From assembly GCA_040220235.1 (NCBI GenBank), contig JAVJTO010000070.1: 64,000 nucleotides of DNA; one strand, written 5' to 3'. A program made the translations under genes and the position numbers. The stretch's first letter is position 1. Each line of letters starts with the position of its first letter. This document shows, piece after piece, positions 51,826 to 62,761 of this stretch. The notes below the pieces were generated by a model, which saw nothing but the letters and a program-made list of their open reading frames with translations, searched no databases and was not told the origin of the DNA. Source of the stretch: Coleofasciculus sp. B1-GNL1-01 (GTDB lineage: Bacteria; Cyanobacteriota; Cyanobacteriia; Cyanobacteriales; Coleofasciculaceae).

Positions 51826-52242
51826 TTAGGTTTCTCCACAAATTTGAGAAATACGCCCCAAGACACTATCGAGATTCTGTCTCACCTCTTCATTTTTAAT
51901 TCGCAGCAATCGCAGTTCCCGTGCAGACAAAACGCGATCGCGTTCGGCGTCATAGTCAGCTTGGTGTTGATGAATCTTTCCATCCACTTCTATAACTAAT
52001 CTTGCCCCATGACAATAGAAATCGGCAATAAATCCATCAATAATTTGCTGACGACGGAAATGAAAACCATTCAAGCGATTAGTGCGAAGGTGTTGCCAGA
52101 GGATGGTTTCTTCTGGGGTCATTTGGCAACGGAGTTCCTTGGCACGCTGCACTTTAGCTGAGGTAACTTTTTGTCCGATAACAATATTATGGGTTGACAC
52201 CTTTTTGGGTATGGGGGGTGGCGAGGGAGTTGGGTTATTCAT
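51826..52242 (-). CDS. DUF559 (Vsr-like) endonuclease
   Basis: MTPEETILWQHLR, FRRQQIIDGFIADFYC, IEVDGKIH. Confidence 0.92.
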   Translation of the reverse strand: MNNPTPSPPPIPKKVSTHNIVIGQKVTSAKVQRAKELRCQMTPEETILWQHLRTNRLNGFHFRRQQIIDGFIADFYCHGARLVIEVDGKIHQHQADYDAERDRVLSARELRLLRIKNEEVRQNLDSVLGRISQICGET

Positions 52243-52285
52243 AATAAAGGATTAAGATAGGGTTTTATCGTTACATTTTAAATGA

Positions 52286-52385
52286 CCTCTCCCCCAGCCC
52301 CTCTCCTGCAAGGAGAGGGGAGCCGGAATGCCGGAACTCTTATTCCCCCTTCCCTGCGAGGGAAGGGGGTTAGGGGGTTAGGTTT
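52286..52385. repeat. REP-like double-hairpin element (direct copy at 53637-53703; partial at 46458-46492)
   Basis: ctgcaaggagaggggag...cccccttccctg..agggaagggggttagggggttaggttt. Confidence 0.85.
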
Positions 52386-52448
52386 TTTCGGAATATGGGG
52401 GAGTGTAATCGCACCTCTATCTCTTCCATTTAATTACCCTTTTTTCTT

Positions 52449-53498
52449 TCATCTCAAGTCCGTACTGTCTTTATTACTCTTACCAATGTTACATTTTAAG
52501 CATAATGTTTGAAGATTTTTTATATCATCCGTACCGCCTAGTGAACGAGGCTTAATGTGATCGACGTGCAGCGTTATTCCATCTTTTGCTGAGCGCCCAC
52601 AACTACAACACTTCCATTTATCACGAGCCAGAACAGACCACCATAGACCTGCTCTTACAAAGGAATAACTGTCCAGCTCTGGTAAGTCAGTGAGATCGCT
52701 GCTTTTGTAATCAGAGTCTATCTGATCTTCATATTCTTCCTCATCCGATAGATACCAGTTCTTAAACTTTTCCAACATTTCAGATAGTTTAGGTGGTTCA
52801 CCTTCTGCAATAGAGAACAGGGAATCCAGCACAGGATAGAGAGCTATAAATGCCAAAATTAGATTAACCAGACCGCGATTTATATCGAGCGGAAAGTAGT
52901 ACAGAGGAGATAATAGCCTAATTCCGTCAGATCCCACTTCTTCATCTGTAAAAGCATCCCTGATATGAACGAATTGTTCAGCACTACTGTGTGAAATATG
53001 GGTAAGTGCAAAAATTGGAGAAAGTGCATCAAGATTATCGCGAATTAAATCAGCTACAGCAGAGACAAATTGAGAATCTACTCCTTGGCGAAAGGGAAGC
53101 AGCTTGACAAACATCCCACCTTGTAAATCTAAATCTATGTTGTATGTCAAATAAGTTGGATGGAGGAAAAATGGCTTTCCGTCTCGACGTTTGATTGTAA
53201 GTGTCCTATCTGTTCTACGCTTCCCAGACAATCCAATATGCACTTGACCATAGTCAAAATTCTGACGTGCTGTTTTCCTATGACTTGGAGCGTAAACAAA
53301 GGTCATTCGCTCATAGGGATTTACATCATAGACTGTTTGTATTACATCTAAAGTATGTCTAAGTAATACTTCTAGGCGAGGAAAGAAATACTTTTGTAAA
53401 GTGTCGAGACGTGTTCTTGTATCAGGTATCTTAAATATTTCAGAGTCTCTTTGCTAAAATACTATCTTACTGACTGGGGTCAACTTTGTGACAGCCAT
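52449..53498 (-). pseudogene. HNH endonuclease with large N-terminal domain, interrupted by one in-frame TAG at codon 15
   Basis: ATG at 53498 (AGGA upstream) is in frame with the 285-aa ORF; single TAG at 53454-53456; C-terminal RDKWKCCSCG..LHVDHIKP.S.GG..NLQTLC.KCN..K. Confidence 0.8.
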
Positions 53499-53707
53499 GG
53501 TTTAGTCCTATATATTTCAATAGCCAATATAGCTCACAGGCAATTCAGGCAAAATCACCTTAAATAGAAACACCACCTTCTTCTACTCTTCCCCTACCTT
53601 AACAATGGATAAGGTGGGCAATTGCCCACCCTACCTTCTGCAAGGAGAGGGGAGTTCTTGTTCCCCCTTCCCTGGCAGGGAAGGGGGTTAGGGGGTTAGG
53701 TTTCAAC

Positions 53708-56314
53708 CTATCGCGCCGCTGTCGGCATCCCCAAAATATCCTCAATCTTGGGCATCTCTTCCAACGGAATCACCCGTCCTTCATCCTCAAACCCAGCAAT
53801 TTGATCAAAGTTCAAATAGCGATACAAATCACCAGCAAAAGGATTCAATTTCTCCGTCACAATCGCCGTATATTCTTCAACCGTGGGAATCCGTCCCAAC
53901 AGCGCACAAACGGCAGCTAATTCTGCCGAACCGAGATAAACTCGCGCATCCTTGCCCATGCGATTGTTGAAATTCCGAGTTGATGTCGAAAAAACCGTCG
54001 CCTCATCTTCAACCCGCGCCTGGTTCCCCATACATAGCGAACATCCCGGCATTTCTGTCCGTGCATCCGCCGCCGCAAAGGTATCATAAACTCCTTCTTC
54101 CCGCAGTTGTTTTTCATCCATCCGGGTAGGCGGACAAATCCAGAGGCGAACTTTTACTTTTCCTGCACCTTCTAAGACTTTGGCAGCCGCCCGGTAATGT
54201 CCGATATTGGTCATGCAAGAGCCAATGAACACCTCATCAATTTTGTCTCCGGCACATTCGGACATTAATTTAACATTATCGGGGTCATTGGGGGCGGCGA
54301 CAATGGGTTCTTTGATTTCGTTCAAATTGACTTCGATAATATCGGCATACTCGGCATTGGCATCCGCTGACATTAACTCTGGATTTGCCAACCATTGCTC
54401 CATTTTAGCGACACGGCGCATCAGGGTACGGGCATCTTGATAGCCTCGCGCTACCATGTTTTTCAACAGCACAATGTTGGAATGCAGATACTCGGAAATT
54501 GTCTCTTTCCCCAGCTTAATCGTTGATCCGGCACAAGACCGTTCGGCTGTGGCATCGGTGAGTTCAAAGGCTTGTTCGACTTTTAAATCCGGTAAGCCTT
54601 CCATCTCCATAATCCGTCCAGAGAAGACGTTTTTCTTGTTCTCTTTCGCAACGGTTAATTTGCCTTGTTGAATCGCCACATAAGGAATTGCATTAACAAT
54701 ATCCCGCAGGGTGACGCCGGGTTGCAATTCACCCGTAAACCGGACTAAGACAGATTCGGGCATATCTAAGGGCATTACGCCTAACGCTGCTGCAAATGCG
54801 ACTAACCCGGAACCAGCGGGGAAGGAAATCCCTAAGGGGAAACGGGTGTGAGAGTCGCCACCTGTTCCTACCGTATCCGGTAATAACATCCGGTTTAACC
54901 AAGAGTGGATAATCCCATCCCCTGGACGCAAAGCGACACCGCCGCGTGTGGAGAAGAAGTTGGGGAGTTCTTTGTGGGTGGTAATATCCACGGGTTTGGG
55001 ATAAGCGGCGGTATGGCAGAAACTCTGCATGACTAAATCGGCGCTGAATCCCAGACAGGCGAGTTCTTTGAGTTCGTCTCGTGTCATGGGACCTGTGGTA
55101 TCTTGGGAACCAACGGTAGTCATTAAGGGTTCGCAGGAGGTTCCGGGACGCACGCCGGGTAAGCCGCAGGCTTTGCCCACCATTTTCTGTGCCAAGGTAA
55201 AGCCTTTATCACTATCCTCTGGTAAGGTGGGACGAGTGAAGAGGGTACTGGGGGCTAATCCCAGGGCTTCACGGGTTTTATCGGTGAGACTCCGCCCGAT
55301 TAATAGAGGAATACGCCCACCTGCGCGAACTTCATCCAGGATGGTTTCGGGTTTGAGTTTAAAGGTGGAAATGACTTCTCCGGCTTCGTTGGTGATTTCG
55401 CCTTTATAAGGATGGATGGTAATCACCATTCCCGTTTCCATCTTGGTGACATCACACTCGATGGGTAATGCACCGGAGTCTTCGGCGGTGTTAAAGAAGA
55501 TAGGCGCGATCGCACTCCCTAAAATATACCCGCCTGCGCGTTTGTTGGGAACGCAGGGAATATCTTCGCCAATATGCCAAAGTACGGAGTTAATCGCGGA
55601 TTTACGGGAGGAACCTGTACCGACAACATCGCCAACGTAAGCCACAGGATAGCCTTTTTCTTTGAGCTTGGCAATGGTTTCTAAGGCATCCGGCATCCGG
55701 GATTCCAGCATGGCTAAGGCGTGGAGAGGGATATCCGGGCGGGTGGTGGCGTGGGTGGCGGGAGAAAGATCATCGGTGTTGGTTTCTCCGGGAACTTTGA
55801 AGACGGTGACGTTGATGGCTTTGGGAAGTTTGGGACGGCGGATAAACCATGCCCCATTTGCCCAAGCATCAACCACCTGTTTAGCGTAGGGATTGACCTC
55901 TGAGAGGGCGAGGACATCGTTGAAGGCGTCATAAACCAAGGTAATTTTACTCAGTTCCACGGCGGCTTCATACCCTAAGGGGTTGTCTGGGGATTTGAGT
56001 AAATCGACTAAGGATTGGACGTTATAACCGCCTACCATTGTCCCCAAAAGGTCTACGGCACCTTGGTGACTGATTAGGGGGCTGGTGATTTCGCCTTTGG
56101 CAATGGCGGTGAGGAAGCCTGCTTTGATGTAGGCGGCTTCGTCAACACCGGGAGGAACGCGATCGCGAATTAGGTGCATTAGGGTTTCTTTTTCCCCCGG
56201 TGGCGGATTTTTCAGCAGTTCGCACAGTTCAGTGGTTTGCTTGGCGTCTAGGGGTAGGGGGGGAATGCCGAGTTCGGCGCGTTCTGCAACGTGTTGGCGA
56301 TAGGCTTCTAGCAT
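53708..56314 (-). CDS. acnB: Aconitate hydratase B
   Basis: [64 protein letters not shown]. Confidence 0.98.
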   Translation of the reverse strand: MLEAYRQHVAERAELGIPPLPLDAKQTTELCELLKNPPPGEKETLMHLIRDRVPPGVDEAAYIKAGFLTAIAKGEITSPLISHQGAVDLLGTMVGGYNVQSLVDLLKSPDNPLGYEAAVELSKITLVYDAFNDVLALSEVNPYAKQVVDAWANGAWFIRRPKLPKAINVTVFKVPGETNTDDLSPATHATTRPDIPLHALAMLESRMPDALETIAKLKEKGYPVAYVGDVVGTGSSRKSAINSVLWHIGEDIPCVPNKRAGGYILGSAIAPIFFNTAEDSGALPIECDVTKMETGMVITIHPYKGEITNEAGEVISTFKLKPETILDEVRAGGRIPLLIGRSLTDKTREALGLAPSTLFTRPTLPEDSDKGFTLAQKMVGKACGLPGVRPGTSCEPLMTTVGSQDTTGPMTRDELKELACLGFSADLVMQSFCHTAAYPKPVDITTHKELPNFFSTRGGVALRPGDGIIHSWLNRMLLPDTVGTGGDSHTRFPLGISFPAGSGLVAFAAALGVMPLDMPESVLVRFTGELQPGVTLRDIVNAIPYVAIQQGKLTVAKENKKNVFSGRIMEMEGLPDLKVEQAFELTDATAERSCAGSTIKLGKETISEYLHSNIVLLKNMVARGYQDARTLMRRVAKMEQWLANPELMSADANAEYADIIEVNLNEIKEPIVAAPNDPDNVKLMSECAGDKIDEVFIGSCMTNIGHYRAAAKVLEGAGKVKVRLWICPPTRMDEKQLREEGVYDTFAAADARTEMPGCSLCMGNQARVEDEATVFSTSTRNFNNRMGKDARVYLGSAELAAVCALLGRIPTVEEYTAIVTEKLNPFAGDLYRYLNFDQIAGFEDEGRVIPLEEMPKIEDILGMPTAAR

Positions 56315-56740
56315 TCTAGTTGTCTCCTCTCTAAGCGTTTGCTGGCATTTTGGCAGTTCAGGTTAGAATTTTTCAAGTGGGGTTGTTCTGTTCTGCCTGG
56401 TGTATAGGTAAAGGGTACTGTCTTCTCAAGCTGTTTATTGTTGGCAGTGAACGCTTACCATAGAATTTCTCTCGGTGCTGTATCTGATTTGACGTATCGT
56501 TGGCGTTTTCGCTCACGGCTAAATCATAGCTTCCAAGACATAAGCCCGGAACTCAAGTTCGGGCTAAAAGCTAAAACCCGTTAAAACGGGTTCAGAGCCT
56601 TGACAGCAGATTGTCGGTTTATCAGATACAGTTGGACGACGAGAAAAGGATGATTACTCAGGGATAAGGTATAAATTAAATAATGTACCTCACCAACTTG
56701 AAAACCCCTATCATGTAGTAAGCTTTAGCTTACTTGAGCT

Positions 56741-59119
56741 TTAAGCCGGAAATTTATTTCCTGGCTTCCAATGGGATTTGCGCTTCTTAATTTCAGCGAT
56801 GGGTAATAGTAAGGTGTCTTCTATTCCCTGTCGTACTTCCTGGCTGATGTAACAATCGCTGTTGAGGCAATCGACTAGCAGTTTATTGGCGTCGTAATAC
56901 TGCTGAAATAATTGCTCCTGTTTCTTGCTAAACTGCCAATTGTGACCAAAATTGCAATACTGCATCATCACATCTCTCAAGCCTTTAATCCAGATATATC
57001 TGTCAGAATCTAAAAATAAATTACATTTATTAAAAGCATCTTTGTCACCAGAAAAAGGAAGTGCTTTACTGAGCTTACAAAGTGCCTTCTGTAATTCTGT
57101 ACTTAAGTTACATAGTGATGCATCTGAGAGACACCATACTGCCTCATCCAAGTATTCTTGAATACCTATTCTTACACATTCAAGAGTAGTCGTCAACCAA
57201 TAATCCAGAGACATCATATCATGACTTGAGTAGATTTCTTTCTCTAATAACTGACTTGATTCGCTATTAATCATGGGAAAATCAATTATTATTGGGTGAA
57301 AAACAGAATTGATTCTCCGATCAAGCTCTACAGAATAGAAAAGGTTTAAATAGACTGCTCTAACAATGACTAATTTCTTAGAACTTTTAACCGATCGCGC
57401 CTTTTCATCCAACCATGTTAAAAATTGCTGTAATTTCTCATCACTAGCCACCAACCCATCAATTTTTTGCTTCATCTGCTGCACCAGTTCATCAGCATTT
57501 CGCATCATGCCAGCCGTCAGCAAAAATACCTCACGCCAACGCTTTTCCATAATCTTACTGACTAACAAACCAATGTCCGATTTAGCCACAATTTCTCTAG
57601 CCGTAAAATACTCGTGAAACGTCAGATGAGAAAACGAATAAATGCCTGTAGCTCGTTCTACTAACAACCCATGATGGGCTTCAATCGATTTCAGAACTGC
57701 CTCACTATCTAATAACAACGCATCTGGATCTGTTTTAGCATCGGGTAAATTCCGAATGTAATCAGCAATATACTGTTCAATGTCTCTTTGCTTAAACAAA
57801 TACTCTCCCCGCTCAAACGTAACAAAAGCAACTTCACTCAATAAATCCTCTTTACGCTGGACTGACAATTTTTTGTAAACCTGCTCTCGTACAATCCGCC
57901 GCTTCGCATCCCATTTTCGCAAAAGTGTATGAATGGCTCGACTGTACAATTCAGCCCGGTTAGCTGGAAATTCTCCAGAATCTTCAAATTCTATACACAG
58001 TAGCGTCAACAGCAGCGGGTTACTTGCCAGTTCTTTGATGGGTTCGTTATCTTCTAACTGTTCTATAAAATAGTTAGCTAAATCTAATTGTTTAGCTTGA
58101 AACCATTTGGTAGCAAATGTACGAATCTGCTTGTCGTCAAAATCATCAACCTCAACATCGGTGAATTTTTTAAAGATATATTCTCGTGCAGCAATCCGAC
58201 AAGTAATGACAAAGGTGTTAGCATCATAGTCTTCGGTAAAGGCTTGAATCTGATTTAAAACCCGATCAGCATCCTCTTCCCTAACTTCATCTAAGCCATC
58301 CAGCAGAATTAACCCGCTTCCCTGTTGAAGAATTTCAGCAACTTGGGCTTCGGTAACATTGCAGTTATCGAAAATTTGATTAATGTAGGTTGTCAGACTT
58401 GGCTGGTTTTGAGTTTCAGCAAATTGCTTCAGCGTAATAAAAATAGGAACCTTATCCGTTAAAACCTTAGATTTAGCACATTGAATCGCTAAATATTTAA
58501 GAAACGTTGTTTTTCCCGCACCTGGTTTACCGAATACCATCAACTTGTCATAGTTTTGGACGGCTTCTAGTCCCGGTATTCGTTCCTCTTTTACTTTACC
58601 AAATCCCAGACGGTCAAAGCTTTCGACGTCTAGATTACAACCTTGCATCAATTCATTAATCGGTAACCGCCTACGTCCAATGACTTTTTCCAGAATATTG
58701 ACCTTGGTATAAATATCCTTCAACCCAATAGGTTGAGTCATATCCAGCACTTTCATTGTGCCGCACTGCTTTTGAATGCTGGGTTTGATTTTCTGGCGTA
58801 TTTCTTGCACCAGGGTATCAATGTCTACCTCATGAGTAGGAGTCTGAGGAGTTGAAATTGGACGAGAGGCTTGATACTTCTGGATGAGAAAATGATTCAG
58901 TTTCGGAACCTTATTTGGACTCTTACCGCCAATGCTGAACTTCTTATAGACATGACTCATACGAGTGCGAAAGGCACCGGGAGAGATATGAAGAGATTCC
59001 GCGATCGCGTCTACATTCTCTTGACGACTGAAACGTGCCACAAACGCCTCTTCCTGTTCCAGGGAAAGGTCATAGTCGCGAGCGATTTTGGTTAGAAAGT
59101 CGGGGGGTAGCAGTTGCAT
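56741..59119 (-). CDS. HTH-NACHT NTPase with conserved C-terminal helical domain
   Basis: N-terminal LuxR-like HTH (IAESLHISPGAFRTRMSHVYKKF), GKPGAGKT, LILLDGLDE, NPLLL, HNWQFS..YYDANKLLVDCL. Confidence 0.92.
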   Translation of the reverse strand: MQLLPPDFLTKIARDYDLSLEQEEAFVARFSRQENVDAIAESLHISPGAFRTRMSHVYKKFSIGGKSPNKVPKLNHFLIQKYQASRPISTPQTPTHEVDIDTLVQEIRQKIKPSIQKQCGTMKVLDMTQPIGLKDIYTKVNILEKVIGRRRLPINELMQGCNLDVESFDRLGFGKVKEERIPGLEAVQNYDKLMVFGKPGAGKTTFLKYLAIQCAKSKVLTDKVPIFITLKQFAETQNQPSLTTYINQIFDNCNVTEAQVAEILQQGSGLILLDGLDEVREEDADRVLNQIQAFTEDYDANTFVITCRIAAREYIFKKFTDVEVDDFDDKQIRTFATKWFQAKQLDLANYFIEQLEDNEPIKELASNPLLLTLLCIEFEDSGEFPANRAELYSRAIHTLLRKWDAKRRIVREQVYKKLSVQRKEDLLSEVAFVTFERGEYLFKQRDIEQYIADYIRNLPDAKTDPDALLLDSEAVLKSIEAHHGLLVERATGIYSFSHLTFHEYFTAREIVAKSDIGLLVSKIMEKRWREVFLLTAGMMRNADELVQQMKQKIDGLVASDEKLQQFLTWLDEKARSVKSSKKLVIVRAVYLNLFYSVELDRRINSVFHPIIIDFPMINSESSQLLEKEIYSSHDMMSLDYWLTTTLECVRIGIQEYLDEAVWCLSDASLCNLSTELQKALCKLSKALPFSGDKDAFNKCNLFLDSDRYIWIKGLRDVMMQYCNFGHNWQFSKKQEQLFQQYYDANKLLVDCLNSDCYISQEVRQGIEDTLLLPIAEIKKRKSHWKPGNKFPA

Positions 59120-59126
59120 GAGACGA

Positions 59127-59155
59127 ATGTTAGCCTATGTTAGCTATGTTAGCCT
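59127..59155 (+). repeat. Three tandem ATGTTAGC(C)T units just upstream of the NACHT start
   Basis: atgttagcct atgttagct atgttagcct. Confidence 0.85.
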
Positions 59156-59224
59156 AAGTTTCAGCGTAATCTCTTAACTGCAAGGGCGATAGTAAGAAGC
59201 AGTTGAGTTCAAAGGTTAATCGAA

Positions 59225-59404
59225 ATGACCAAACAAAGGAATTTGAGTGCGGCTAAAATTATTATTTCCTTGAATATTCTGCTGACTCCTGTGGTACTGG
59301 GAACGGTTAGTTATTGGGTAATTAATTCTGATTTCCAGGGAGTGATTCAATTGAAGTTAAACCGCGATGGGGGTGAAGTGTTGATTGATAGGCGTTCTGA
59401 GTAG
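59225..59404 (+). CDS. 59-aa single-TM protein divergent from NACHT (below the ORF-track cutoff)
   Basis: MTKQRNLSAAKIIISLNILLTPVVLGTVSYWVINSDFQGVIQLKLNRDGGEVLIDRRSE*. Confidence 0.7.
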   Translation: MTKQRNLSAAKIIISLNILLTPVVLGTVSYWVINSDFQGVIQLKLNRDGGEVLIDRRSE

Positions 59405-59509
59405 AAGAACCTAGCGCGTCTGTAGGGGCGCACCGACGTGCGCCCGGTTTAACGATAAATCTATTCCAAAATTTTAGAGAGATAATGTTCTACCCAATTC
59501 CCTCACTAT

Positions 59510-59842
59510 TTATTCAGACGCTTCAATCCCTTTAACCACCTCAAAAAAGATAATCGCGGCAAACCCTAACCCAATAACAGAACCAATACTCAGAGCCAAT
59601 CCTCGCCCAATCTCTCCTTGAAATAACCGAACCAATCCCTCACAACCAACGACGGCTGAAATACCAGCCAATACCCCAGCCAATACGCCCGTATCCGCAC
59701 GGCTAATTGCCACAGCAACTGCCCCAGTTCCCGCTACACCTACCCAGTTCACAAACGCCCCAGCAAGGGTTACGGCAATCGCCGCACCGCCAGAACGAGC
59801 AATTAGACCAATAACTTTCCGTCTGCGTTGTCCTAGTATCAT
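59510..59842 (-). CDS. Small Gly/Ala-rich membrane protein
   Basis: 110 aa with 3-4 hydrophobic helices. Confidence 0.7.
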   Translation of the reverse strand: MILGQRRRKVIGLIARSGGAAIAVTLAGAFVNWVGVAGTGAVAVAISRADTGVLAGVLAGISAVVGCEGLVRLFQGEIGRGLALSIGSVIGLGFAAIIFFEVVKGIEASE

Positions 59843-59878
59843 AGTTTTTATAGACGATAAACCATCAACCCTGAACCC

Positions 59879-61492
59879 TTATCCAGAACTCAACTCCGCC
59901 AAACCCAACACTTCCTGCAACAGCCGTTGGTCTTCTAATTTTATCCGAAACCGTTCTTTCTCGATATCTCGAATCCAGCTTTGGCTTTTACCCGTCAATT
60001 GCGCTAAGTCGCGTTGACTGAGTTTGTTACGTTGTCTCGCTGCGATAACATCTGCGCCCGAAAGTATAGATGACTGGGATTTAGTTTTGCGTTTGGTCAA
60101 TCGTACCTTATTCGGCTCAACGGTAGTCAGCGCATGTTCCCATTCTGCTTTCAGTTCAAACCATAAAATCCGGGCTTTCATTAACAGGTTCCATTTACCA
60201 CGGGGCGCTGCATCCGTTAACCGCCTATTACTATTTCCATCTTGAATCCAAAACTCTAACGCCGCATCCGCATCGTCGGGAAGTTCCCCTAATTTCGCCC
60301 ACATGGGTTGAATCTCTGGTAAGTACGTCACCGGATCAAACACAGGTTTGAGTCCATAATGACTGAGAACTTCTAAATCGGTTTCAAATGTCCGCACCAG
60401 ACGTTTTCGTTCATCTCGCTGGGAAGACGCCCGCAGAAGTTTGTCCTCTCCATACGCCACCCGCATTAATGTGGGTACAGTAATCCGTTGTCGTTTGCCG
60501 ATTCTGGTTTTAAACAGCAACCACAACATCATCCGCGTCGCCCCTTCATGATGTTGCCAGTTACTCATCACAGCGCTGAGTAAAGTTTGAGGCAGATTAC
60601 CATACTGATAGAAGGCAGTTCGGTTTTGACAGCCTTGCCTATTTAAGAAGTATTTTGCCCAAATGCCTGCCCTAATCCGAAAGGTTAAACCAACCAAATG
60701 TTTATATCCTTGTTCGTCTTCTTGAAAATGATGTTCAATTGGCTGCAGATGCCACAAACGGCTTTGGGGAAGGCTAAATTCTGGGACTTTACCTTGCTTT
60801 GACCAATGAGCGCCGATGCTAATTTGGCAGGGCTGCTGGGCAAGCTGTTTGATTAGACTCAATTTAGCCGCTTTACTCAAATCTGTGCGTTTCTCTAATC
60901 CTAAATAGTTCTCAATTTGCACATCGTTGACAGTAAACTCTTCCTGCCACGGTTTCTCTAACCCTGTGGCGTGTGCGGCATATATTAAATGGAGACAGGT
61001 GGCTTTGATATCCATCGCCTCAAGCGTCGCCTGGGCTTCGTCAGCCGATAACGTATCCGTTGAGTCGGCATCGAGGGTAGGGGTTAGCCAAAAGTCCACT
61101 TTCCCTTTACCTTGACGCACCTGGCGCTGATAACAGAGTTTTCCAGACGCATCAGTGTGCCAAGGGAGAGAAAGGCGCTGTGCCAATAGGTTGCACGCTT
61201 CCCAGATAACGATGGAGGAGGCAAAGGGATTGGTTTTGTCATCGGCAAATAAGTCCGGACTGGTAGGAGGTCTTTGATTCAGCTTGTATCGTCCCTTTTT
61301 CCCATGGGCAGGAACGGGAGAACTGATGGGACAGTGAATCACACATTGAGGTTCAGGATAATATCCTTCACAGTTGTTACACAGATTCGGATCAATCCAC
61401 GTCTGGTTATCCTTGACTTTGATTGCACCCGTTGGACATTGAGTACGACAGATATCACACCCAGTACAACTTTGTGAGAGTTTGTAAGCCAT
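59879..61492 (-). CDS. cnfR: CnfR/PatB: 2x[4Fe-4S] ferredoxin domain plus C-terminal HTH, nif activator family
   Basis: CTGCDICRTQCP and CNNCEGYYPEPQCVIHCP; C-terminal LSQRDLAQLTGKSQSWIRDIE; 537 aa. Confidence 0.9.
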   Translation of the reverse strand: MAYKLSQSCTGCDICRTQCPTGAIKVKDNQTWIDPNLCNNCEGYYPEPQCVIHCPISSPVPAHGKKGRYKLNQRPPTSPDLFADDKTNPFASSIVIWEACNLLAQRLSLPWHTDASGKLCYQRQVRQGKGKVDFWLTPTLDADSTDTLSADEAQATLEAMDIKATCLHLIYAAHATGLEKPWQEEFTVNDVQIENYLGLEKRTDLSKAAKLSLIKQLAQQPCQISIGAHWSKQGKVPEFSLPQSRLWHLQPIEHHFQEDEQGYKHLVGLTFRIRAGIWAKYFLNRQGCQNRTAFYQYGNLPQTLLSAVMSNWQHHEGATRMMLWLLFKTRIGKRQRITVPTLMRVAYGEDKLLRASSQRDERKRLVRTFETDLEVLSHYGLKPVFDPVTYLPEIQPMWAKLGELPDDADAALEFWIQDGNSNRRLTDAAPRGKWNLLMKARILWFELKAEWEHALTTVEPNKVRLTKRKTKSQSSILSGADVIAARQRNKLSQRDLAQLTGKSQSWIRDIEKERFRIKLEDQRLLQEVLGLAELSSG

Positions 61493-61846
61493 AATGCTAG
61501 GAAACTACTGCAAACTTTAATCTTTAATCGGTAAAATTCTGGACTCCAGCGGAACCTTTAGATTGTTTATTAATTTGATAGGGATTGAGTAACGGTCGAT
61601 CCGACAATAGACAACTGCCACCGATGACTAGCTATAGAGCCTTGCCTCAAATCACTGATGGATTCATGGCATTTTCTTTATGCTTATCAAAAATCTTTAT
61701 AATCAAATTTTCGCTTGTTATGTTCAGGATATTTGTTCAACCTGAGCAATTATCGATTTCTTAAGATTTCTTTTATTAGGTAACACTTTTTAATACTTTT
61801 TTATATTAAAGTATTACTGTAGAGAATCTGAGATGGCTAGACGTAG

Positions 61847-61969
61847 ATGAAACGAACCACAATTACGATCAAGGTGACTGTCGAGCAAAAGCAACAGCTT
61901 AAACAGGAAGCAGAGAAAGACAAGCGAACGCTGTCAAACTATATCAAAGTGAAACTTGGCTTACTCTAA
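61847..61969 (+). CDS. 40-aa ribbon-helix-helix (CopG/Arc-like) protein divergent from cnfR
   Basis: MKRTTITIKVTVEQKQQLKQEAEKDKRTLSNYIKVKLGLL*. Confidence 0.7.
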   Translation: MKRTTITIKVTVEQKQQLKQEAEKDKRTLSNYIKVKLGLL

Positions 61970-62761
61970 GCCAGGTAAATCTCAATCCTGGCTCAAAATT
62001 GCTGTTTTTGCTAGTAAATGCCCAATTTTAATGTCTGAGAGGAGGATTTGACCTATTTTGATCTCGACTGATTGATTTTGGCGATGAAGCGTCATATTCA
62101 GCGATTTGAAACTTGCATCAGTTTTATGCAAAGCTGACTTGTAGGTTACTAAACAGTGACAAGATAGTGATCCCATTACATTGGCAGCTTGCCACTCTTG
62201 AACTGTATAAATACAGAGGATTCAGAGTTTGTAGAACACTATTGGTTTTGTTAAATCGTTGACTGATCCACCAATCAAACAGTCCGAGCGTGGCAAGTTG
62301 TCTATCTCTAGATAGAGGAATATTTTTCTGTAAAAATAGGGTTGTTTTGTAGTCTAATTAACTGAAATATATAACAAAACAAGCTATGAGGTTCAAGTTT
62401 GATTTTTATTGAACAACCTTTGGTATCAATTTTAACAAAATTTAGGCGAGATTTAGGATAATAGTGAAGTGGAATTGAATAAGATTAGGGGGAAAATCGC
62501 AATCAACCCTCTAGCTTTCAGACGAGCGCAAAAACAACGTCACAAAAGCTACCCGATCATCCTTGTTTAATTGTTACCTGTAAGGAGTCAGACAAAATTA
62601 AAGTTGACGGTTGAGATTTGGAAACGCTCAACGGGGAACAGGAAAGATTAGACGGTTAAGATGTTTTAGTACAGCGGACAGAATTTATGTCCAGGTCGTT
62701 AATGACAGCCAGCAAGTAGTTGGTGAAAATCACCCCAACTATTTTAAGTTATGTAAACATT

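Noticed and set aside
46458..53703. Integron or prophage interpretation of the defence island
   Set aside because: No integrase, attC-like sites or phage structural genes were seen.
53917..55932. Many short ORFs overlapping acnB, and likewise gap1, the kinases, DUF5682 and the NACHT genes
   Set aside because: Antisense or alternative-frame shadows of well-supported genes with no recognisable motifs.
61493..61846. NtcA box upstream of cnfR
   Set aside because: No exact GTA-N8-TAC found by eye, only a one-mismatch candidate near 61531.
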